This document shows, piece after piece, positions 41,181 through 51,900 of a DNA stretch of 64,000 nt. The DNA lies in NCBI RefSeq assembly GCF_032191835.1, contig NC_083233.1:47244001-47308000 (forward strand). Reading direction: 5' to 3'. The stretch's first letter is position 1. The number at the start of each line of letters is the position of its first letter. Below the pieces are notes generated by a model. The model did no database searches and was not told the origin of the DNA. It saw nothing but the letters and a program-made list of their open reading frames with translations. Position numbers and translations under genes: made by a program. The DNA is from Heteronotia binoei. Its lineage: Eukaryota.

Positions 41181-42269
41181 CTCATGTTATGCGTTTAGGA
41201 ATGTGCAAATGAGAGGCAGGAATTCAGCCGGAGAAACCCGGCCCTTCCTGCTCAGCTTTACCGCATTTATACGCCTGAGCAGCTGTGAAATGTAGAAGAT
41301 TCAACTAGGGCTACCAACTCTGACTTCAGAAATTCCTGAAGATTTTTTGGGTTAGGGGTGGTGGGCGGGATTGGGGGGCGGAGCGGAGGGTGCTCGGTGG
41401 CGGTGTGTGATTCTGATGCTGTAATGACGACCAACCAAAGCTGCCAATATCCCCAGTGGAACTGTTCCCTGAAGTTTGGGATCATTTGGATCCCAACAGG
41501 ATTCCAGACCCCTGCCAGAATAAAGATAGCCCTGCAGAGCACACCTTTACCAAGGTGAAGCTTATTGCAGGAAGCTATAAGCACTCCTGGATTGTCATCA
41601 TTATTTGTCCTCATGAGATGGCGCATTTCCTTGCATTCTGAAGTGTGTTGGGGGGGGTGGGGGTGGGATGATAACTCACTTCTTTGTGTTTCCCTGTTTA
41701 TGTACCTTGCAAGTGTTGGGGGTATGGACACTGAAATAAAATCAGTGTTTTGCAGCCATGATCAAGGTTAACAAGATGTTAAATAAAGGACGTTCTTCTC
41801 TGTTTTGGCAAAGACACCCCCCCCCTGCAGTGTACAACCTTACCCTAAAGTTTATTAATAAACAATATGTTTTAATGAAATGCAAACTAATTTTCTAATG
41901 AACCATGTGGACAGCATATAGCAGACATGATAAAATGTACCCAGATGATGCATTTCACTGGGTGTAAAAATGCCTGTCTGGTAACTGTCGCTTGGGATGG
42001 GACCACTGTTGAAAAGGCTGCTGTTTACTGTGCTGGATCTTGTCTAAGAAAATTGGAGTATAGCCTTTCCCTGAAAATCTCAAAAGAACCTGTGTTGTAT
42101 TTGTTTAATGGGTTTTTTAGTTACTTTGCAACTGGAAGAGTTTTGCAGTGAATTAGAATATGGTCAGACACAGTTAAGGTGAGTCGACTGTACCCAGTAA
42201 GCTGTCAGGGAGCATCTTCAGGATCTCACCACTAGACAGAAAATCCTGAGAGCCCTGCACAGTCACACA

Positions 42270-42465
42270 CAATATTTCCTCTAAGCTGTGGAGTCTTGTG
42301 AGCAAAAATTCTACATTGTGAGCTACTGGCATTAAAGTTGTGAGCAAGTGATTTGGCTGCATAAATCAGTTTGCTCTGGGACTATTTTTTCTGAGCTAAG
42401 ACAAAAATGCGTGAGCCAGAGGCTAATAAACTGAGCTAGGTCATACTAATTCAGAGGGAACACTG
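42270..42465. mobile_element. hAT-type MITE
   Basis: TIR caatatttcctct / agagggaacactg; perfect 8-bp TSD gtcacaca at 42262-42269 and 42466-42473. Confidence 0.85.
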
Positions 42466-42781
42466 GTCACACATGAAACTCTTGCACTGTATCAGATCAT
42501 TGACCCATTATGGGTGATATTGTCTACTCAGACTGGCAGCTGTTGTCCAGGAACTTGAACCAGGCCTTTCATATCACCTACTACCTAGTCCTTTTAACTG
42601 GAAGTGCTGGGGGTTGAACCTGGGACTTTTTGCATGCCAAGCAGATGTCCCACCACTGAGCTGTAGCCTCTCCTTTCATTTGTTTCACCAGCCTATGGTC
42701 TGGTCTGTTGGAAGAAGGAATCTCAGCATTGTCTTTTGCTCTTCCAGGCTTCTAAGGCCAAGACATCCTTAGTAGTGGGGA

Positions 42782-42907
42782 ATGGCTCAGAAACGAAGGA
42801 CTGGCCCCAAACTTGAACTCACTGCAGACCAAAAGCAGCAAATGCGAGAGGCTTTTGACCTGCTGGATGCTGATGGCACAGGCACCATTGATGTGAAAGA
42901 CCTGAAG
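42782..42907 (+). CDS. Centrin-like exon (EF-hand 1)
   Basis: ATG in strong Kozak context (ggaATGg); ends AAG|gcaagt. Confidence 0.85.
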
Positions 42908-45900
42908 GCAAGTTTCTTGGTTTATTTGCTCCCTGCATGCTGAAAGACCAAAATGGAATCCCTTGTTTATTTCAGTAGTTACAGAGGGATAGCCAGAGCC
43001 ACCTTAAGTCTGTTGCAACAATACTGAACAGGAATTTTGTTGCAAGATTAATAAGATTTTATTCCAGCACAAACTTTTGTGACCTAGTCATTTTGTGAGG
43101 TGAGTGTAATGGTTCTTACTAAGTGGATGCTTATGTATGAGGTTATGAAGAAAAAAATATATAAATGTCCAGTCAAAGGCCATGAAGTACAAGGTGAGAT
43201 ACTGCTAAGTATTTCTAATGTGATTGAAATACATCCTGCATTTTATGGCCAAACAGCATTGAAGGATGCTACAGCTATGGAAAGGCTTTTCTGCTGTAGT
43301 TATGAGAGTGCATTTTAACAAAGCAAACTATAAAAGTTTTAAGGGGGGAATTAAATATCCAGGCTCTTTTAAATCTATTTTTATGTGACAGGACTGTCTG
43401 AAAATGAGAATTTTTGAGGAAAGTTCTTTTGGAAATTCCTAGTGAACTGCCTGACCTTATTCCTTTCAACCCTATCTCTGTTTTCCTAGAACTCTCAAGT
43501 GTCATTGAATACAAAGTTCATTTTGAATTCATTTAGAATCTTCTAACAGTTGCTAAAGTATTATCAGCAGTGGGCAGCCCAATCCAGACATACGTGGCAG
43601 GTGGCTGCTCAGGGGTAGGCGGATCTACGGCGCCGCTAGTCGGCTTTCAAAGGGGCTCGCGCCGGAGTGCAGCGTGCCCTAGTGGTGGCCACCGCCAGTA
43701 GATGTGTAAGATACACTGGAGTGTGGCCTCCCTGAGCTACGCGAGGGCGGGGACAGGAGGGGGCGCTTCTGCGGGGACAGCAGGAATTGGCTGGTGGCGG
43801 GCGGGGAGCCGGGTCATGTAATGCCTGCCACCGGAGAGAGCGCTCTGCGGCAATAGGCTGCCTGCATGCCCCACCCCCTTCATGCACACACCAAGCCCCA
43901 TGGTGTGGCTGTGTAATCCATGGGGGAGCATCCGGTCAGCACTTACCACTAGTTCCATGGAGCAGGCTACCCATCAAAGGGGTGAAGCCAAGCCTCTGTC
44001 AGTGTCCCCCCCCATGGCCTGCATGGGCGGATGGCCTCACAGATGCCGCAGGGGCCCCCTGCCAGGACACAGTAGGCCACCTACTGCAGGCACCGCCAAA
44101 GGTGCCGGCGGCAGTCCCCATGGTGGCTTCCGCTCATGCCCACCCGCAGAGAATCGGACACCCATGAGGGGCATGCGACAGTGTCGAAGTGGCTGTGTGA
44201 CGCACTTGCCGCCCCCTGCCCCCAGATCCCGCTTGAATAAGGACTCCACGCAATGTGCAGGAATCAGATTTATTGAAGTGCAGGGCTCCAGAGGGAGTCA
44301 CCTTGAGGAGGAAAGGGTGTCGCCATCAGACTGTGGTAGTCCCATGGTGGTGAGGGGGTGGTGGTGGGGGAGGGTGCCAACCTATCATGGGAGTAGGTAC
44401 CGACAGCGGGAATTCACCCCCCGGCTCTTGTGCCAGCGAGTGCCACCGCGGCATTCTCGGCCACCAAGCCAAAGAGGAGAACCTTCTCTGCCCCAGTCCA
44501 GTTCGGCTGTCGGTGCCGCTCTGTCTGCCGCCATTCCTCCTACGGGCAGTGGAATGCAGGGGCTGCTGACCACAACTGGCTGATAGTGGGCACTCTCATG
44601 CCGCCCCACCCAGCTTTTGCACGGTACACCAGCAGGGCATCCGGTGGTCTCGACGGCCCCACGCCCCCACTCAGGCAGGGCCCCTCACAGCTCCAGCGGT
44701 GTCTGGAAGCTGTGGTGGAGTGCGTCGGGGCAGCAGCCAGGGCACCGTAGCCCGCGCCACATCGCGCAAACCATGGAGGCCCATGATGGGTGGTGCCCCC
44801 TCATCCCACCTCCAGAGCCCCCCCGGGTGCGGACGCTGCACATCCTCCCCGCGCTCTATGTGTGGGTTGGTGGTGGTGGAGACGTCGGGCGCGTAGATAG
44901 CGGGAGTGCCTGAGCACTTTGCGTCTTGAGGATGCCACCTGTCTGAACCGCTTCCTCTTGGACCACGCCGCCAACCAGGACCTGTGTGAGCAGTTGGCTG
45001 GCCTCCGCCCCATCCCTGTCTTGCAGTGGATCCTCATTTCCCTGCGATTCCTGGTGGCCAGCTCCTTCCAGGGCATGGTGGCTGAGGTCCTGGAGTCTCC
45101 CAGTTGTCGGCCAGCCGCTGCCTCCACTCCTTCCTAGACACCATGCTTCAGCGCCTCCAGCAGCATGTGTGGTTCCCAACAGGTGAGGTGGAGCTGAGGA
45201 CAGCCAGAGATGGCTTTGCGGCGGTCGCAGGGTTCCCCAATGTCGTGGGGGCTGTGGACTGCACGCATGTTGCCCTGGTGGCCCTGCGGGAGGATCGCAT
45301 AGTGTACTGGAACAGGCACCACTTCTACAGCCTCAATGTGCAGGCTTCATGCGACCACCAGGGAGTCTTCACAGATCTGGTGGTGAAGTTCCCAGGGAGC
45401 ATGCACGACACCCAGATCTTCACGTCCTCAGGCCTCAACCGCCTCCTGGCAGCCTGGCCAGATGGCCAGGGGTGGTTGCTAGGTAAGGCCACCAGGTGGT
45501 GGTGTAGGGTGCCCCTCCCATCCCCTGTTCTCACCTTCCTGTCCTCCACAGGTGACCGAGGGTACCTGCTGCTGCCCTACCTGCTGACGCTGTACCAGGA
45601 GGACGCGCCCGAGGACCGGGCAGCGTACAACCAGGCACACATGGCCACTCGTATGGTCCTCGAGCGTGCCTTCAGGCAGCTGAAGATGAGGTTCCGCTGC
45701 CTGCACCACACAGGTGGTCGACACAGCATGCAGCCCCTGCCTGTGGCTAAGCTGGTGGCCGTGTGCATCATGCTGCACAACATCACCACCTGGCAATGCC
45801 TGCTGGCCCCCTAGGACCTTCCCCTCCCGGACCCTGGGTTGCCAATGCGGGAGAATGAGGAGGCGGGGGCACGGGCCGCTGCCCAGCAGGACTTTGGGGG

Positions 45901-48900
45901 GCACTTGAATCGGTAGTGTGTGTGAGCTCACATATGGGCCACTCGGAGTGCAGGCAGGGCACCCAAGGACGAGAGCATGCCGGGAGTGAGGCCTGTCTCA
46001 CGCCTGGGTCGCCGGGGGGACCCCGCGCACTCCCATGTATGCTTCTGCTTCTTGGGCACTTCATTCTATTATTAAACTACAATTGTCGGGACCACTCTCG
46101 GGATCCCTTCAATAATTCATGCACTTGTTGGAAAAGGCATGGGGAAGATGATGAAATGGCAGGTAGAGCTGAAGTCCTGGGGGGAGACACAAAAAACAAT
46201 GACAAGGTAGAAAAACATAGGGAGGAGACGCGGGAACCCCAGTGCAATGCCGGGAGCAGGGTTCTCGCATGCCTTGGCCGTGGGACTGTCAGGCAGGGCA
46301 CCACGGCAGGCATTCTGTGAGGTGTGAGTGGCCACAGACTCGACTCCCCGCTGAAGCCGCCCCTCGGCAGCCAGCAGCCACCAGGGATGATAGCCGCCAC
46401 TCCCACCTCCTCATGTGCTCCCTGGGCTGAGCAGGCGCACCTTCAAGTTCGCAGGTTTCCCTCATTTGCACTGCCCCCTGCTTGTGGCCCCTGCATGACC
46501 CCACCAAGACCACTCCGAAGGGGGCCGGGAGGAGCCGATCATGCTGACACTCTCAACCAGTACCAACCCCGCCCCCGGCATGTATTGGCTGTAAGCCGCC
46601 TCAGTACACAGCAGAGGCGGCTTGGCTTAGTGAGCTACTCCCCCGCCTCATAATGCTGGGATCGTGGGTTTGAGGCTGCCCTGTGGCAGGAATGCTGACA
46701 CGGCCAGCTTCCCTCTTTATTGAGCCTGCCATCCAGCCACCATTATTTTTGGTCGGCCAAGTCCCCTCCCTGGGTCGCCCCCCCTTTTCTGTGGGCACCC
46801 ACCCCAACCATGGCACCCCTGTCAGCTGCATCACAGACCCAGACGCTGTGGACACATGGTGCAACCCCAGACAAGTGTCTGCCTCGCCGCCTATCAGCCC
46901 CCCATTCACCGATAAAGCCCACTACAGTCCCCACAATCTGCACTAAGTGGGTGCCTCGAGAGTTCCCCTGGCCACAGAGCCATGCCCGTGGGACAGCCAC
47001 AAGCGAGTGCGCGGGGAATACAAGGGGCCAGGGTGAGGTAGGAAAACTGAAAGACACAGACGATGAAATGGGCACGCTGGGCTAAGTTTATTGATCTGCT
47101 AGCGGAGTGAGCAAGATTGCACGTGGAGGTTCCTGGCTCCCGCAGTCCGAGATGCCGTTGCTGGAGGACACATCCACACCTGCAGGGCTGCTGGGGCCAG
47201 GTGGCTGTGCTCTGGCAGCCGCAGAGGTTGCTGCGCAGTGCACACACCTGAAAGACAAAGAGACCAGGGGGGGCGTCGTCGGCTGCAGGCATAGGACTCC
47301 AACCCTGGGCGAACCTGCGGTGAGCAGGGTGAGCATCCTGGCTGCCTTTGTTGGAGCCATCCCACACATTTCCAGCTGTCCTTCATCATGGGCCAGCTGC
47401 ATTGCATGCGAGCCCGCAATCACAGCAGCCGCGGCAGAGGCGAGTCGCTGGCTGGGCTGTGGAAAGCCGGAACACATGTCACATCCCCTTTGCCTTGGCA
47501 TGGGGATTCCCGAGACACGGGGTGTGGGGGACAACAGTGGGATGGGCAGCCAAGGCGCACCCCCACATGCACATGTACGGGGGCTGGCACCCCACCCGGA
47601 GCTGCAACCACGCTGGCCGGTCTTGGGGGCTGCGAGGGCTCCTAGCCAGACTTACCTGTCCATATGGGGGGCTCTGGAAGCGAGACCTGTTAGGACTATG
47701 ATGCACAAGTGGTTAAGCAGGCAGCCCAGACTTAGCTCACCTCCCCCCAAGTCCAGCATCTATAATTTAAGTAACATCCCTCTATGTGCCACCACCAAGT
47801 GCACCCCTCCTCACGCTTAGTCCGCACGGCACGGCCCTCTGGAGCAGAGTGCCGTGCACCCTGTCCTCCCTGGGGAGTTGTGTGTGGCCGGAGTCAAAAC
47901 CTTTGTAGGGTGGGGGGGCACTGATTGGGTGCGGGAGGGGGGCCATGCCCAGCCTGCAGCGGGAGGGGATTGGTGGGCCAATAACATGGCTCCCAAAGGG
48001 GTTTCTGTGCTGCCATGCCGGCGCCGCCAGCGTGTGCTTCCTGCTTCCACTAGTGCCTATGGAGTACGCCAGCGTTTTCTGCGGCACAAGTTTGCGCCTG
48101 GCAGGGGGTGGGGTGCGTTCCCACACTGAAAGCTCTTTGGGAGCTGACCAGCAGTGGCCACGCCCCTGGGTTGGCCCCCTCCTAAGCCGACATGCTGCCC
48201 TGCGCCTCTGCTGCACCCCAAGTGCAGCACGGTGGCACTCCGCCATCAGCCCGTGGTGGTGGCCCGCTGCGGCAGCCAAAGAGTGGCGCATGCTCCATTT
48301 CCGCCGGCGCAGAGGAGGATCCGCCGGCGAAAGTCTCCAGACCGCCGGTGTAGCAGTAAGTCTGCTTCCGCAGCCCTTTCGGCCCTCCTCCTCTGGATTG
48401 CTCTGTAAGTGGAGTACTTCCACACTCCTGTCTGGTGGTTTAACTGTACCTGGAATGACAGTACTTTACAGTTCAAGAGAAAGGGAGACAGTACTTTACT
48501 GTTCAAGAAAAAGGGAAAGCAAATCAAATACTGAACTCTGTTAACTCTGTTACACAAAACACTAAAGAGTGCCTTGAATGGAAGTTTGTGTGTGTTCCTC
48601 CCCCTCCCCCCTTTCTTGAAATGTCTGTTGCATTGATGGAGGTCTTGTTTGGATCAAGCTTAGAGAGAGGGAGTTAACTCTTCTCCCCTAGCACTGTGTT
48701 CCCTACCACAAACAGCAGTGGGGAACTGCTGTTTGCCCTGTTGAAGCAAACATAAGTGTACCCCTGTCAAGTGTCATGTTTTTCCTTTCTTTGTTGATAC
48801 TTGCCTTATAATGTCTGAAGGTGTCCATACGAGCACTGGGGTTTGAACCCACAAAGGAAGAGCTGAAGAGAATTGTGCTCGAAGTGGATAAAGAAGGAAC

Positions 48901-51900
48901 AGGAAAAATTGGCTTTGATGCCTTTTATTCTGTGATGACTACAAAAATGGTATGTTTGCAATTCATCAGTGTATATATAAATGGACATGTTCTACTTTAA
49001 GAAGTCTTGAGGTACCACAGGGACTGTCATACATATTGTGGCAGATGGCTTTGTGGCCTAACAATGTCACTTTTGTCAGATGGATGCAGAAACGGAGAGG
49101 TGGTGAAATCAGAGCAGGTGGGAAAGCAAGGGGCCAACACTGTGGGACCAACAAGTCTTTGTTCTTGTTCTGGGAGTGAGTGAAGGCCCAATTGCTAGCC
49201 ACCCTATTCCCCATCAAGCTTTCTTCCGGATGGCACTGCTCTGGAGGGAAGACAACTGTTCTTTTTCTCTTCTGGAGCAATGAGGAAGTCTTTCTTGGCC
49301 TCTAGTTAATTAGATTTAGAGGAAGGTGTTGTCTTCCCTGCCCTTGCAAGATATTGGGGTTTCCTCATCCATGAGTAGTGTAACTGAAGTTGCTGGTACA
49401 GCTTTTTGCCTCTTTCCTCAAGTGCTCATCTGGGTGAGTCATTTGTTAAAAATCATTCCCCACTTCAGCTCTCCCCACCCCTCTTTATGGGAGAAAAGAT
49501 GATTGACATATCTTCTGCAGTGTGAAAAGTAGCTGCTGGTTGTATGTGGGAAAATTACCAGAGGGGAAAAGGTTAAGAATTTCCAACACACTCTGACCTT
49601 CCACTGCAAATGGTAACCCTCTTGACTGCATTTTGTAAATGAGAAAAAGGTGATCTGGGAAATTCACAACAGATTGACACAGGTGGTGTTTATCATGGAT
49701 TTTTGTCTGCTGTCATATGAGAATATCTACTTTTGAAAATAACTTTTTAGTGTACTAGCAGTCTGGTGTAAACATGTTAAGGATCTTGTGATTTTGACTG
49801 TTGACTATTTCATATCAAGTCTTTTGTAGAAAGGTTTTGTTGCATTTCAGGTATTCTCCCTGGTAGGATATGAAATGCCTGTATAGAATCTGGCAGTATT
49901 GGGTTTTTCATGGATTTCCACAGGTTCTTAGAAATGCTGATTCGTGATGAAATAACCTGGATGTGGAGTGGCAAGATGTAGGCATTCACACAGAGTGGAG
50001 CAGGGATTCTAGGAGCCCCACTTCAAGTAGTTGAAAATGCTGTCAAGTTGCAGCCAACTTATGGCAATCCAATAGGGTTTTCAAGGCAAAAGGTGAACAG
50101 AGGTGGCTTACCATTGTCTGCCTCTGCATAGTGACCCTGGATTTCCTTGGTGGTCTTCCATCCGTATACTGATGAGGGCCTACCCTGCTTATCTTCCGAG
50201 ATTGGACACAATTGGACTAGCCTGGGGCCATCCAGGTCAGGATAGGCAGCACAGAGCCTGTGACATTTCTGTGGGATTTCTGCTGCAGTTTCTAATGACG
50301 GAAATACTTCTGTACAACAAAAAATTGAATGAGGAGAACATAAACTCAAATGTTTGCCAATGAGTTCAAGAAGTATGGGCTTTATTTATAAAACCTATAT
50401 GGTGCCATTCTGCTCAGTGAAGTCCTCCAAGGTGGCTAATAGGGAAAATAAAACATTATAAAAACACGGGATCAAAAGAATTCCTAAAAGTAATTAAAAC
50501 AAAAACTGAAATACGTATTTAAAGTACCTAAAACACAGAGCAGGAAGGAGGGATCATTGAGGGAATGCCAGGTTGAACAAAAAGTCTTCATCCACTGGTA
50601 GTAGGGGACAGATGAATATCCCTGGAGGGGAGAACAGTTTTGATGCCGTGGCTGAAAAGGCTGTCTTGATTTATACCAGAAGGCAAGGCACCAAAAACAA
50701 GGCCTTGGAAGATGACCTTAGTGGTCAGGTAGGTTTTTATGGCAGGTAGTCCCCTCAGGTATGCTGGCTCCATGCTATATAGGTCAACCGAATCACCTTG
50801 AATTGGGCCCAGAAACAAATTGGAAGCTAATTTAGGTAGGCCAAGATTAGAATGATATGATTGATATGATGAGTCTACAGTCTCACTGTAGCATTCTGCA
50901 CCAACTGAAACTTCCAAGCTTTATTCAAGGGCAGTCCCATGTAGAGCACATTGTAGTATTGTAATCTAGATGTTACTAGGGCATGCACTACAATGGCCAG
51001 ACATTTTTTGCCCAGGAAAAGATGCAGCTGGCTGACCAGTCGAAGCTGGTAAAAGACACTCCTGGTCACAGCTGCTACCTGCTTATCCAACAGTAGGCCT
51101 GGGTTCAAGAAGCAGCCCCAAGCTATGGACCTGATTCTTCAAGGGGAATGCAACTCCATCCAGAAGAGGGAACTCCCTAAATCCTGGGTCAAGCCTTCCT
51201 CTCAACAATAACACTTCAGTCTTGTCAAGATTAAGCTCCCGTTTATTGGCCTGCATCCATTCCTAAGATTGCCTCCAGGCACTGGTTCAGGGTTTCTACA
51301 GCTTCCCTGAGATCCATCAGAAGTGTGGAACAGAGCTGAGCATCATCTGCATATTGGTGACATCCCTGCCCAAATCTCCAGATGAGTTCACTCAGCAATT
51401 TCATGTGGATGTTGAAAAGCATAAAAGGGTAAGCTGGAGCCCTGAGGACAGCCTAGAGGCCAATGGGATAAGTAGCTTGCCCTCCTTCTGAAGCCCAATT
51501 CTAGCTGGCAGACCAAGCCAGGCAAAGTGAGTGCCAAAGGTGCCTCCCTCCCTCCCTCCTTCCAAGCATGTGAGCAAAGCTTTTAAGTTTAAATGAAATA
51601 TTGGCAGCAGCTGAGCACAAGTAATGCTTGTGCTTGGCCTTTGAACTTGAGAAGAGCAGAAATGGCCATAGAATTCAGAGGTCCGGGTGTGAGCCTTTGT
51701 CCTGCATTTCTGTGTTAAGTCACAAATAGATCCCAAAGAAGAAATCTTGAAGGCCTTCAAGCTATTTGAGGACAGTGAGAGTGGCAAGATCTCCTTCAAG
51801 AACCTCAAGCAGATTGCCAATGAGATAGGAGAGAAACTGACAGATGAAGAATTGCAGGTAGGTGTGGCAGCTTTGTCTTGCCTTGGTGGCTGGGATCTGG

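Larger units (their letters stand above)
43572..48600. mobile_element. ~5 kb PIF/Harbinger DNA transposon (decayed autonomous type) in a centrin intron
   Basis: GC/CpG-rich block containing a HARBI1-like transposase (+) and a convergent Myb-like remnant (-). Left terminus gggcagcccaatcc; right terminus not found, so the right boundary is approximate. Confidence 0.8.

Noticed and set aside
45783-47820. Long ORFs (for example 47107-47820, 237 aa) inside the Harbinger element
   Set aside because: GC-driven open frames; only the transposase and weak Myb-like motifs are recognisable.
48457-48516. 30-bp tandem pair and other short repeats as a CRISPR-like array
   Set aside because: Eukaryotic context, two units only, no spacers.
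48966-49330. Minus ORF resembling a retroelement fragment
   Set aside because: No diagnostic motif in any frame.
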